64,000 bases of DNA from Hydrolagus affinis (lineage: Eukaryota), in NCBI GenBank assembly GCA_012026655.1, contig JAAILG010000119.1:62001-126000 (forward strand), written 5' to 3'. Shown here piece by piece: positions 22,818-35,496 of the stretch; within the stretch, counting starts at the first letter, position 1, and the number at the start of each line of letters is the position of its first letter. Under the pieces are notes generated by a model. It had not been told where the DNA came from, made no database searches, and saw nothing but the letters and a program-made list of their open reading frames with translations. The position numbers and the translations under genes are program-made.

Positions 22818-23052
22818 TTATACAGCACAGAAGGAGGCCATTTGGCCCATCACTTCTGTGCTGGCTCTTTAAAAAGAGATGTCCAAATCAATCCCACTCC
22901 CCTGCTCTCTCCCCATAGCCCTGCAAAACCGTTTCATCCCCCAAATAACTGTCTGTTTCTCTCATAAAAGTTGTTATCGAATCGGCTTCCACCACCCTTT
23001 CAGGCAATGCATTCCAGATTCAAAACTCACAACTTGAAAAAAATTCTCCTTA
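22818..23052 (-). mobile_element. CR1 3' end (shorter copy at about 21385-21500)
   Basis: tacagcacagaaggaggccatt...gcattccagat; near-identical to 4928-5210. Confidence 0.8.
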
Positions 23053-23584
23053 AGTGATGTTGAGCCTAAAAGCTTTTATTGTAAACTATTAATGTTGGTC
23101 AAATGATGTCAATCTGAGCTGCAAGAAATTATTTGTTTTGTTTTTAAAGCCATTAGAGCATTTGTGGCCGTGAATGGGAGCATGTGTATTTGTGCTATTT
23201 TTATCTGACGATGCAAGTTGACCTTCAGAAACATGAAGTTTATTGAAGCTGAATTCCAAATCCCCACGTCCCAAAGCCAAATTCTGATCTCTTGTGCACT
23301 ACAGTTTCATAACCAGCTGGTTTACTGATCACTAGTTGCCTGCTTTGATGTACTATAATTTGGTTTCATTTCTGGTATATTAATTTAATAAATGTTGTCT
23401 TTAATCACAGTGCTTTTGGATTTTGTCATATCCCTCCACTACCCAAATGTCTGTGACTGTTTAATGAAGTTTGCCACCTGGACAAAAGAAATCCAGCTAT
23501 ATTCTGTAGTGTTTTTATTCTGCTATTAGACCTACACTAAGTGATGGTCCAGTGTAATTACCTATCTAAAAAATTATTTTATAG

Positions 23585-23667
23585 ACAGCACCAAACATCA
23601 CAAAAGCCCTAGAACAGTTTGTAAAGCCTGAACAGCTGGATGGTGAAAATGCTTACAAATGCACCAA
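23585..23667 (+). CDS. USP42: USP42 exon 8 (ALEQFVKPEQLDGENAYKC)
   Basis: atag|ACA...AA|gtgagt, 83 bp. Confidence 0.95.
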
Positions 23668-24154
23668 GTGAGTAAAAATGATTTTAGCACATTTTCTTCG
23701 CACCTCTTGACTTAGTGAGTAGCTTTTGTTTTGTGACACATGACTGACTCTCTGTGACTGCAATGCTCACTTGCTCTGTATTCCTAGTTTGCTCTTTTTA
23801 TGGTGCATTGTACCATAAAAAGAGTACATTGTACAATGTCAATAGCATTGTAGCTGTTATTAACAGGCAGGACGAATAGGACATGCGTTGATTACCACAT
23901 TGCGAAATTGCATCACAACCTCAGTAATTTACAACCACTGAGTTAATTTTTTTTAAATTATAAGAATTTGCTGGATTATTATTGGGATTATTTGAATCCC
24001 AAACTGAAGCATTACTGAAAACCAACATAGCATTTTGGTCAATTTGAATAGGGAAACCTTGCAAAATATGCTGTATAAACACGTGAAAAATTGTATAATT
24101 TATATATTTTCTAATGTTTTCTAACTTGAACACTTTATTAAATTCTTAAACCAG

Positions 24155-24266
24155 GTGCAAGAAAATGGTACCAGCATCCAAGCGATTCACGATTCACCGA
24201 CCGTCAAATGTGTTGACACTCTCACTAAAACGCTTTGCTAATTTTACTGGTGGAAAGATCACAAAG
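24155..24266 (+). CDS. USP42: USP42 exon 9 ([15 protein letters not shown]...[14 protein letters not shown])
   Basis: ccag|G...AAG|gtacgt, 112 bp. Confidence 0.95.
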
Positions 24267-24990
24267 GTACGTTTAAAGTTTATTCTCTTGGAATAGATAT
24301 TTAAAAATTCAACCAATCTGATAAGAGAAGCCCTTATTACAAAAGAACATCCCTATAGGAAACTTTGTTATATTGCAGTTTTCTAATTGAGCTGTGGGCG
24401 CCAACATTTACGTATCCTAAAAATCCAAAATGTATGCAGTTCATTTAGCTATGTTGTATGATTCTGAATACAATTGTAGGTCATTTTGAATGCTCAATTC
24501 TGTGTTTTCTGGGATTTCTGCTCTTCTGGTAAATGGAATGGGACTGTTCCAATCTCATTGTTATAATTTCCCATCTATTAAGGGCACAATCTGCAAAAGC
24601 GAGCAACAGCCAGGAGATTGGAGTCACTTATTCTGATACCTTTGTGTTTGCTTCATATTTTGTCCATTTTTCTTGCCCAGCCCGATTCTGATTACTGTAT
24701 ACTGAATTATTTGTAAGGCAATTAAAAACTCTTTGTGGTTAGCTTGTAATGTGGTGTGAGGAGGTTGACTTGGTAAATAAGCAGAGAACAAAAGAATACC
24801 CATGAAACCAAATCCCCGAGAATAGCTGTGCTGGCTGTTGAATTTCATTCCACGATTGTTCCTCTTGTAGATTAATAATTTGCATTTAAAATAGTCGAAC
24901 AGTTGGCCGTTTCCAGGGTAGTTAATTCAAGTGTAGCAAGCAAACCATTCAATAATTGTACTGTATTAAACTGTAACTTTACAAGCAAAG

Positions 24991-25080
24991 TACAGATAGA
25001 CCCCACTTAACGTCGCCTCGGTTAACGTTATTATGTTGATGATATATATTCATTTAACGTTGCGAAGTTCGCTGGTGCGT
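24991..25080 (+). mobile_element. Possible Tigger-like terminal fragment
   Basis: TA + CAGATAGACCCCACTTAACGTC...GTTAACGTT resembles pogo-family TIR/subterminal sequence; partner TIR not found. Confidence 0.35.
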
Positions 25081-25286
25081 CGTTTGCCAGAGTGTAGAAA
25101 GGGGGCATGACAGCACTAGGACCTGGGAGTGAGCCAAGTCTGCAGCAAGAGAGAGAACAAATAAATTTGTGAATGACCGGAAAGGTGTACAAAATGATGT
25201 GGAGTTTTGATAAGAGTAAATAGGGAGGAGCTACATTCACTAATTTGAAGGTAGATTCATAAATCGCAAATTTTGTTTCTTTTCAG

Positions 25287-25427
25287 GATGTGAGATATTC
25301 TGAATTTTTGGATGTTCGACCCTATATGTCTCAGTCAAGTGGAGAGCCAGTAGTGTACGTGTTATATGCAGTACTTGTACATTCAGGATTCAGCTGCCAT
25401 GCTGGGCATTACTACTGCTACATAAAG
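25287..25427 (+). CDS. USP42: USP42 exon 10 (His box)
   Basis: tcag|GAT...AAG|gtaata, 141 bp. Confidence 0.95.
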
Positions 25428-25728
25428 GTAATACTTGGTCAAATTGATCAAAAAGTCTGTATAAAAATGTAAGGTTTAGGAATGTTATGCATTTTGACAT
25501 TTTGTGGGCGTGCTCCGCCACTGTCAGGGGCTCTAGGACCTTACCCTGTGCGAGGGTGCTATGCAAATGGAAGTTGTTTTAAATTTATTGTAAAGATTAG
25601 TAATGATGTGAATTTTTCATTCATCAAAAATTAATACAGTATTGTAATTGAAACAATTAATACATTTTCATAAGCATTGAGGCCTGACATTTGAAATTAA
25701 AAATGTGACACACAATTTTTACCCCTAG

Positions 25729-25829
25729 GCCAGTAACGGGCAGTGGTACCAGATGAACGATTCGATTGTATCCTCGAGTGACATCAGATCGGTCTTAAAC
25801 CAACAGGCCTATGTACTGTTTTATATCAG
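25729..25829 (+). CDS. USP42: USP42 exon 11 ([12 protein letters not shown]...QQAYVLFYI)
   Basis: ctag|GCC...AG|gtactg, 101 bp. Confidence 0.95.
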
Positions 25830-25910
25830 GTACTGAAACAATTTTAGGTATTGCAGGTCATTGTGGAATCCATTTTTTTTATACTAATAGCACCATTGGT
25901 TATTTTCCAG

Positions 25911-26049
25911 ATCTCATGATTCAAAAAATGGAGCAGAACATTCTCACCCTCATTTAGGCCAGTCATCTCCAAGACCTCCGGTTAGTCAGCGATTGACTGC
26001 TAATCAAACTGGTTTCATTGGACCACAGCTTCCACCACACGTGACCAAG
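25911..26049 (+). CDS. USP42: USP42 exon 12 (GQSSPRP...[10 protein letters not shown])
   Basis: ccag|A...AAG|gtagga, 139 bp; preceded by an 81-bp intron. Confidence 0.92.
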
Positions 26050-26646
26050 GTAGGAAACAGGGATGTGAATTAAGCCTCAATTCAAATTCCTTTTGGAGAG
26101 ATTAATTAACTTGCAGGAGTGATGTTGGGTGAAATTAACAGTTGCACAAAGCAGACTCTAATCATAATTGGTGCACTTGCATTTAAATTCTGCACAGCAT
26201 GGAATTTTATTTTGTAAAATTGTTATCTTCACCCAACATCTATCTATTTAGATAGGTTATTCTGTTATACTACTAATAAAAAAAATTAAATTAAGTAATT
26301 AATTGGTTATAAATAAATTCTGTTATGCTACTAATAATAAATAAATAAATTGGTCACTTAATCCACGACTGTTTGTAGGATAGTTCTGTGCGCAATTGGC
26401 TGCCGTGATTTGCCCACCAAATGTACAATCAATAAACTGTTTGATCTTAAGATTTCGGTTTGTGCAATTGGAAAAGATTTGTGCATGAAAGATGTCAACT
26501 TTTGGTATTTGGTCTTATTTGTAATTGATCTAATCTTATGTTTGAAACAAAGTACTGTATATAAATTTCTTATTTTTCTGTTAGCATGATAGATGAACTT
26601 TGAAATGCTGCCATTATCAATAGCAAAATATTTTCTTACTGTACAG

Positions 26647-27735
26647 AATTCAAACCACTTAACGAATGGAAACTGCTCAGTAAAGGAGGTTCCCAGCAGT
26701 GCAGTGCCGAGCACGAGCAGTACAGGTGGAATCAGAAATATTTCTACTCCTTCCGGGTCCCCTCAGAGTCGGTCGCTGCCCAGACCATCAGTGATTCCTG
26801 AATCTTCCAAACGGCAGAAGCTGTCCTTCAGTATACAGACTCCTAAGCAGGGGGTAAGGCAAGGCCAGAATCAGACCAGCCTTCATACTAGTCCACTGGA
26901 GAATTTGTACAAACCTAGTGTATCCCATATTAATGTGTCTCAGTCTACCTCAGGAACTTTACCAACATCAACTTCTGCAAAATCAGCTCCATCAACTTCA
27001 ATTCCACCATCACCTGCTGGTACCACATCTACTGCTTCTGCGTCCACATCTTCTGCTGCCGAAGGCTCCACATCTTCTGCTGCCGAAGGCTCCACATCTG
27101 TCGTGGCCTCCACATCTTCTGCTGCTGATATCTCCACATCTGCCACAGCCTCCACATCTGCCACAGCCTCCACATCTGCCACAGCCTCCACATCTGCCAC
27201 AGCCTCCACATCTGCTGTTGCTGAAGCCTCCACATCCGGCACAGTCTTCACATCCATTGCCACCGTAGCCTCCAGGTCTGCCTCAGCCTCTACATCTGCT
27301 GCTGCCTCCACATCTGCTGCAGCGCCTAAGCCAGTAACATCCAACATTCTTTCTTCTCCTCACTTAATGGTGAATGGTCAGTCAAAAGGATCTTCCGGAT
27401 CCGCTAGTTCTTTGGTCCCTTATAATGAGGAATCTTCAGAAGAATCCGACGAGGAACCCAAAGGCTTGGTTAAGAAAAATGGTTATCTGAAAACTGTGAA
27501 CGGGACGGTTAATGGAACTCGACCCAGTGCACATCTCAAACCAACCTCTACATATATAGATGCTAATGAAGAAAAATTCCATTCTGAGATGGTTGGAACA
27601 AAAAATAATGCAGTTAGGAAATTGGGAGATCATGGAAAGAATCGTCAGATCTGTGAAACCATTGTTTCTCCAATCCAGTCTATGAATTGTTCTGCAAACG
27701 GTTTGTCTACTATAACAGGATCACATACTAATGAA
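26647..27735 (+). CDS. USP42: USP42 exon 13 (S/T/A-rich disordered region, LVPYNEESSEESDEE)
   Basis: acag|AAT...GAA|gtaagt, 1089 bp, within ORF 26593-27753. Confidence 0.9.
27024..27320 (+). repeat. Coding minisatellite of 18-bp (gcctccacatctgccaca) and 24-bp (tccacatcttctgctgccgaaggc) units
   Basis: Tandem units visible in the sequence; encode (ASTSAT)n and STSSAAEG. Confidence 0.9.
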
Positions 27736-28688
27736 GTAAGTAGTTTGTGCTAGTTGCAAGTTTATTAAATATGTATTTATATTAAGCCTTTAAAAAATTG
27801 GTTTGGTCTGTTCAAGTATGTTTTCTGAGTGCCGTGCATTCTTATGGACAAAGTTCACAATGTCTAAAAGAAAAGTCATTCCCGTAGTTTGTACTTGACA
27901 TATTGATGATATTCATCTGCTCACATTTAAGCTGAAAGGGTAGCTTTTTAAAAAAAAAGGGGGGGGGAAATTTTGTTGAAGGGCAATTTGCTTATCCTGG
28001 AAAGTGGGAAACTTTCTCCAATTCAGGCAACCAGTATCTATATCGAGCATTCCTATGATGGATACAACAATTAGTTGTCTCAACAATTAGCCCAACCTGA
28101 TTAGTGTGGAATTTTCTGCTTCCTGTACAAGCCAACCTTTTGACTGCTGAGTTTGAGTACCAAATTATAGACAGTTTTAGGTACCTTGGGTCCTTATGCC
28201 CACTGGAGACTGGATGGAAAGTGCCAAAACTCATTTACATTATTTCCCTTTTTACAGCCAACAGACAAATTCTGGCCTAAATCCCAGCATATCTCGCCCA
28301 TTGTGCCACCCATTTTTATACAAAATATTTTGAGATCACAAAATCAATTGAATGGTTTGGACATGTGGTAGAATCTAACATCTGAGTTTGTAAGCGCATT
28401 TTTTTGAAATACTGTAGTTGTATCTTTTTTCGGTGGTTAATAATTGGAGACATTATATATTTTTAGTTTTATAGCAATGATTTTATTTGCATTTCTGTAT
28501 CTAAGTATATAAGATGTGTCGCTTAATGAGATATGGGGACATCCTTAGAAGGTTATTTAAGTTCATGTGACAATCACATGGCTCAGTTCCAGTAGGGAAA
28601 TGCAGAATGTGTTTGGAGGCCGAAGATTGTTAAAACCCAGCTTTGAGTGGCATCAGCTTCTTCAGTTTGGGCAAGTTCTGTTTACTGG

Positions 28689-28702
28689 CCAGCAGGTGGC
28701 AG
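28689..28702 (+). promoter_or_regulatory. CTCF motif CCAGCAGGTGGCAG
   Basis: Exact fit to the core consensus CCASYAGRKGGCRS, preceded by TGG. Confidence 0.55.
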
Positions 28703-30489
28703 TGGTAACATCAATGTAAAGGAGGATGTTCGATTTTATTAAACTTGTGTTTTGAAACTTCCTCCGCTTAAAGTATGTAGTAGTTTTTGCCACAGGTTTA
28801 CATCACTGTGAAATGGTATTTGACAGTAATGTAGCTGGGATTTTGAAAGCTAAAGATGAATTGTGTGACTGAGATTTTGACACAGTACTGAAAAACAAAG
28901 TGGTAGCAAACTGTGACTTAAGACAGAATTAATTTGTTATTACTACCCTGATCTTTCCTCATGCTTACTAAGATCTAAAAGAAATCTCAACTTTGTTTTC
29001 TCTATTCGCACGTTGAAATCAAACCCGATTGGACCCATCTACAATTCATTCTCCCCCAATAACTCAAAGTTTCAGATGCCTCCTTCTCTCCCTGAACCTT
29101 CACTCCATGCTACAATCCACAGGCTTTTAAAACCAATGCCTGATATTGCCTCACCAGGAGCTTGTCTAGCTTTCTCTCCTATCCTTGGTGTCCTTGTATG
29201 TGCCTTGATGACTTGCACTAAAACCTTGACTCTTTACCTTGGTTCCAGCTACTTTTAAATATTCGCAAACATTTTAATGTAATCCTTTTTTTGTTCAAAC
29301 CTTTTGGTTTTCTGCTTCCAGTCTTCCCTTCCCCTCCCCATTCTTGAAGGCACTGACTCATACTGGGTACCATAATACTGGTACTGGCAGCCTTCTGGTG
29401 GCCTTTTCTTCATGTGGGTGCCAAAATCAAATTTTCACAAGATGTTTGATTGTAGTAGGCATCACAGGCAAGCCTAATCCTATACAAAGAAACTCAGTTT
29501 TCCAGCAGACTGCACTGTATCGCAGGCATGAGCGGGAATACCGGATGTTTATTTCCTTTCTAGCCCAGGGACACTGCCTAATAGTAACACAGTTAACTAC
29601 TTCTTCAACTGACATCAGTAAAGACTGGCAATCAAATCAGGCACCATCTTAATTTGTGTCTGTTTCATTAAGAACCCAAAAATTTGCTAGGAGAGATTAA
29701 ATGAAGGTCCATCTAGTTCACTGTTCACTATCCTGGCAGTCGCATTCTAGGTCATTCTGGGTAATGACGTTATCATATGAGCCAATGGGTAGTGCTATAT
29801 TTTATAATAATTTGTGTAACGTTAGGTGGTATTTGCCTTTGCAGAGCTGTCAGGTACTAAAGTTTCTACATTCTGGTTTTTGAGATCTTACATACAGCCC
29901 CATATCAAAGTGTGCTACAGACAATATACATTATCATAATTCTTGTGCTTGTGTTGTACTGTATATCCAACAATTTTGTTTAAAAGTTCTTTGAGTTGAG
30001 GTTTAAGCAGAGGGATAGATATTTTTGTTTGATTTTGTATCAAGACTCATAATAACTGACTCACAGCCCTTCTTGTTCACTATGATATGAATACTATTCT
30101 CTTTACCACACTCCTTGTGTGAGCCATACCTGAGATTATCAAGACAACCGCGTATGTAAACCTGCTTGTGTAGTCCTAAACCTTGAGACCAGAAGCTCCT
30201 ATCTGTGCCCTTATCTGTGCTGGGTTAGCTGATCATAGAGATTAAGCAGGATGCCTGTAGTGGAATTGAGGGTGGAGGCAGAGAGATGGGAGTTGGGTGT
30301 TATTGTATACATGTGGAAATTTGTTAACCATTGGAATGCAACAATTGTCTGGGAAGCAAAATTCAGATAATTCCTGTTACAATTGAAAGGAGGAAAGTAT
30401 GGGAACATCAGATGAGAGCAGTGTTGATCTTGCCTGCAATATTTTTTTCTTCCTTGTTGAATAATCTGCTGTCGAAGTGCTTAATAATA

Positions 30490-32006
30490 GAAATCCTTGT
30501 ATTTGATTTTGCGCCTTATTACGTTGTCTCGAAGCACTTTGCAAAATATACAGTAAAGTGAATATACAGTAAAGTTAATTGCCTTTGACGCAGTAGAACA
30601 CTCAATCCTCCTCCACCACCTCTCTTCTCATCTCAACCTTCAAGGTTCTGTCCTTGACAGAAGGTCCTTAGGTCCTACCTCTCCACTTTGTCTCCCGACA
30701 ACGGTTTCTCTTCCAGACCTCGCACTGGCTTGTGCCATGATCCTCAGGGCTCTGTCCTCAGTCCCCTCCTCTTCAACCTCTACATGCTCCCACTTGGTGG
30801 TATCATCCACGGACATGAGAGACAAATTTCCACATGTACACGGATAACACCCAACTCCTATCTCTCTGCCTCCACCCTCAATTCCGGGACTACTGGCATC
30901 CTGACAGACTGCCTGTCAGACATCAAGTGCTGGATGAGAGACAACTTTCTACAGCTGATCGTCAGCAAAACAGAGGCCCTCCTGATTGGCTCGCACCTCG
31001 GACACTAGCAGCATTTGCATCCACGGATGCTCACTCCACCTAACCAAGCCAGTCAGGAACCTCAGTGTCTTGTTTGACCCTGAACTGTCCTTTTTATCCC
31101 CCCATCCTATATCCATGACTGTCACCGCCTTCCAGCACTACCACAACATTGCCTGTCACCGCCATTGCCTCACGCCTCAGGCCGCTGAAATCTTTACCCA
31201 TGCATTTGTCACCTTGAGGCTCGACTACGGCAATTCCCTCCTTGTCGGTCTCCCCAACTCGTCCCTCCACAAGTTGCAGATCATACAAAACTCTGCAACT
31301 TGTGCTCTGCGACCCCATTACGCCCTCGCCTGAGGCTCCACTCCCCATTCCTCAGAAGATCAAATTCAAGATCCTTGTCCTCACTTTCAAGGCACTCCAC
31401 GGCCTTGTCCCCTTCTATCTCTCTGACCATGCTGGCCCTCTTATCAACCTGTCCGCTCCCTCCGTTCAGCAGGTTCCGGCGTACTCCATGTCTCCTGCCC
31501 TACCATCGGTGGCTAGGCTTTTAGCCTCTCTGTCCTTACACTTTGGAACTACATCCCACATCCCTTCGCCTTGCTCCCTCTCTTGCCTCCTTCAAGACCG
31601 ATCACAAGACCTTCCTCTTCGACCATGCCTTCAGCCATCGTCCTACCTCTGTGCCCTCGCTCATCGCTGCACCCCCCCCCCACCCCCCACCCCCCATCAC
31701 CATACTTGGATCCTGACTCCTGAGTATTCAGTGCCTTGGCACATCCTCCCGATGTGAATGACGCTCTATAAATGTAATATTGTTTGTTGTTGTATATTTG
31801 TGAGCAAAATGCAGCAGTCAATTGCGCACAGCAGTGTCCCACAAACAGTTGTGGATTAAAATGACCATTTTATTATATTATTGTTTTTTTTCTTGAGGGA
31901 TTATTATCAGACGTGTGGAGTAAGGAAACTTGCCCAAGGTTTCGCCCTGCCTGGAATTGAACCCAGGTCTCTCGCTTTTACAGCGAGTGCTCTAACCACT
32001 GAGCTT
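30490..32006 (-). mobile_element. tRNA-derived SINE split by an L2 insertion (parts about 30490-30580 and 31790-32006)
   Basis: Tail portion lies left of the L2; body and head resume right of it. Confidence 0.8.
30581..31791 (+). mobile_element. 5'-truncated L2 LINE (RT pseudogene)
   Basis: AFD.V.H..LL, PQGSVLSPLLFNLYM, YTDNTQL, WMRDNFLQL, RLDYGNSLL; frameshifts; (ttg)n tail. Confidence 0.92.
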
Positions 32007-34294
32007 ATATGAAGAATGTCCAGTCACACAAGGTACATCATGTGGACAGTAACCAACACCCATGGAACTATAGATGCACAAAAGTCATCGAGGAGATAAA
32101 GAAAGGGGGAATATTAAATAAATTGACCCTAAAGTTTAGATACTTCATTTGAAGTTTTAGGAATACAGTACATTGTTTATTTATAACTATACTCTAACCA
32201 TGTAATTTAAGGCTAAGCATGATCCTGCTTAGAGTTATGTGCTACTGGATTTGAGATCTCTCGAAATGGCAGATATTCCAACTCATACCAACAGTTTGCT
32301 GGCTAATATATCCAATGTTATTTGCAATCTGAATTTGATTTAAGAACACACTAATCCTAGAGCACAGTTTTGCAATTTAGATAAAGTATAAAATAACTCC
32401 CCAATGGGTTATTTTAGTGTGGGTGCAATCAGTGTATTGCTGTCTGTCACTGCCAAATGAGTGATTAAACTAATGAACGGCTTCCTCGGGTATCAGGGCT
32501 TGCCCATTACGAGTTTTTGGCGGACTTTCTGCTTTGTACAAGAGATTGAGTCCTATATCCTGAATAATGGGCACTTATACGTCACTGCATGTGACTCACT
32601 CTGAACAAGTCATCTGAAAGCTGATATCTGATCAGTTTGCTGGTGGGGGAAAAAGTTTAAATACTAAACTGTAGAAAAAGGCCACACTTTGTGACAACTT
32701 TGATGTAGCTGTGTTCTTGAGACATCACAAATAATATAGGCTTTCTAACAATTGCACAGGATACTGACAAAGTCTCTTCTCGGCTCCAGTCATCCAACAT
32801 ATAATAGTGGAAAAGAGTGCATATTCTTTACGAACATAAGAGGTGTCATACAAAATCTGACTTGGTTGGGGCTGCCATATCTGCACTTCAAACAGATCTG
32901 AGATAAACAGTTAAAGGAACAAAAAGGTTTGTTTACAGCTAAGTGAACAAGTAAGAAGGATGGCTTAATCAGAACAGATGGCTTTAATATACATGTATTT
33001 GGAATTTCAGATCAAATGCCCCCTGTGTTTTCACACCTTTTATATTCAAGTGGCAATGCATGCATCATTTTATTTTTTACCCAACTTCTTTGACCCGTCT
33101 ATCTTTAAGCTTTTCTAAGACTCTGGACAGACTGAAAAAGCAAACTAGTGTTAACCCAGCTACTTACAAAGTGTAATACAAGATTAAAACGCGCACTCTT
33201 TGTACTCCACGAAAATGGTGTTTCAAAAATTACTTTCCTTAGTATCCAGAAATCGTCTTTATCCAGTTTGCGTGGAACACTCATCAATCATGTTGATATT
33301 ATATTTTTCAGTTCATTACATCACTCTTGATTAAATCATGTTTAGTAACTACTGTAGCCTATTGTTTAATCTACTGGATAATAATATCCTAATAACAGGT
33401 TTAAACATACAATAATTCTAACTCAGCCGTTTAAAAATTATATCATTTCAATATTGCAATATCAGTACAGGTGATAACATAAAGACTCACAAAAGTTGGT
33501 GAAGATGGTATTCTAGATTATAAATGATTAAAAAGAAAGTGTTTTGAAAAGTGCACTTTGAACATTGTCTGGAACCCTAAATTAATTTGCTATTTGAATA
33601 CCCTGATACATATATCATTTTTAAAAGTTGAGATTTTATAGTTTGTATCAAGTACTATTTAATTGAAGAAAATTTTTATTATGACTCGATGTATAAATCC
33701 ATATCATGCCTTGGTGCAAAGTGTGTATGTGAAATCTAGGTAACCACAAAAGTAGCCGTGGCTTTGATGGCATTACTTCTCCTTCTCATCCCCCTATATG
33801 TTAAATAACTTGGCAACACTCACTGGCTACCTCACAAAGAATGGCCCCTTGACAGACAACCAGTCACCTCAAGGCTTCCAATACCAGTAGAACTGTTCTC
33901 CACGAATCACTGGTCACTGCCTTCAGAAAAGATGGGGAGATAATTTGTATGTTTTTTGTGTTCTCTCCCATTGCATCTACAAGGTTGTTCCAACTAATAA
34001 TCAGCCAACAATCCACTAATGGTGGTCTTTCATTGGCCACGAATCTGAGTAGCAATTCTTCCGTCTGCAAAGTTTCCCTCTTGTTCAAGTAAGCAATCTG
34101 GAGAAGCCCAAATCTGAATCCTAGGCAGGATAATATCTCTGGTCTCCTGGTTGATTCAACCGTATCACGTTGTTGATCCACATATTGTTTTTCTAAACGG
34201 AATGCATCAGTGCATTCGGCATCAGTGCATCACTGATGCATTCTGATTAGAAAAACAATCTTGACAAGTAAATGCTGTTATATATAGATTCACA

Positions 34295-34625
34295 TTCAAA
34301 GCCCTCCACGACCTCCCCCCACCCTAAACCCCTACAGCAGGCTCCGGCCTGCTCCATATGCCCCAACCCACCCACCCCACCATTCGCGGGCGAGCCTTCA
34401 GCAACTCTGCCCCCAACCTCTGGAACTCCGTCCCGCCTCCTCGCTGGCTTCCTTCAAATCCCGTCTCAAGATCCACCTCTTCGATGGTCCCATTGGTCAC
34501 CCCAAATCCCCCCCCTTTCCCTCCACCCTCCCCCATCCTTGATCCCAGCTCAGGAAACAATGATTGTCCAGCTCCTTGGAATGTCCTCCTGACGTGAAAG
34601 GCACTATACAAGTGTTGTTGTTGCT
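34295..34625 (+). mobile_element. L2 3' fragment (similar copies at about 44140-44400, 49430-49635, 58850-59185)
   Basis: RAFSNSAPNLWNS motif + gacgtgaaaggc.ctatacaagtg(ttg)n tail. Confidence 0.8.
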
Positions 34626-34694
34626 TCATTTATTTATTATGTTGTGTTCCTTGGTCCATATAATTCACTTTAAACATTTTTTTCTCTCTTCTAG

Positions 34695-34774
34695 GCTTGT
34701 TCTGTTTCACTGAATGCAAACACTAAAAAGATACTGCAGAACTGTCCAGCAGGTTGTGCAAAACAAGAAATCAG
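34695..34774 (+). CDS. USP42: USP42 exon 14
   Basis: Polypyrimidine tract + ctag|GCT...AG|gtaaga, 80 bp; open frame, phase 0->2 as needed. Confidence 0.75.
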
Positions 34775-35161
34775 GTAAGAATCTGCTTTTTTTTAAAAAA
34801 CATTTGTTTACAAAGATATCAGAAAATGTTCTTCATTACAACCCAGGAAGGTTGTAATCCAATCTAGTGTTTCCTTGAGAATATATGCAGTCACTACACT
34901 TTGCAGTAAATCCTGTGAAGCTTTGTGATTTCCAAACATGAAAGTGCACTATATGAAATGCAAGGATTATTTTGTAAAAATTGACTTTTGGCAAGTACTG
35001 TACTTTAGTTCGTTTTCACTGAAACAAACCCAATTTGTATAAAATCTTACTCTTCTTTAGTGGTAATAAGAATTCCTAGAATGTGCCGTAACATAAGTAG
35101 TGATAATACTCGCTGATTATCGGGTGGTTTTAAATCAGCTTGAAGGAAGATCAATCTTGGA

Positions 35162-35385
35162 GTCCTGTAGATCAGTGGTTAGAGCACTCGCCATACAAGC
35201 AAGAGACCTGGGTTCAATTCCCGGCAAGGCAAAACCTTGAGCAAGTTTCCTCATTCCACCCGCCTGATAATAATCCCTGAAATAAAATAATAAATTGGTC
35301 ACTTCAGTCCATGACTGTTTGCGGGACACTGCTGTGCACAATTGGCCGCCGCTTGTGCCGACAAATGTACAGTGAATTCACTGTT
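35162..35385 (+). mobile_element. tRNA-derived SINE
   Basis: A box (tcagtggttagagc) and B box (ggttcaattcc); family body. Confidence 0.88.
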
Positions 35386-35496
35386 TAATAATTATTGTTA
35401 GATACCTCTCAGGCATTTGATCAATGTTGAAAAAGTAAGATACAGACTAAAACAAATACCAGTAAGAATACAATTAAACCATCCTTTGTTTTATAG

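Noticed and set aside
27024-27320. CRISPR-like repeat array
   Set aside because: Tandem units with no unique spacers, inside a eukaryotic exon; no cas genes.
26918-27347. Alternative-frame and antisense repeat ORFs (PQPPHL, ADVEAV, QMWRLW)
   Set aside because: By-products of the coding minisatellite in USP42 exon 13.
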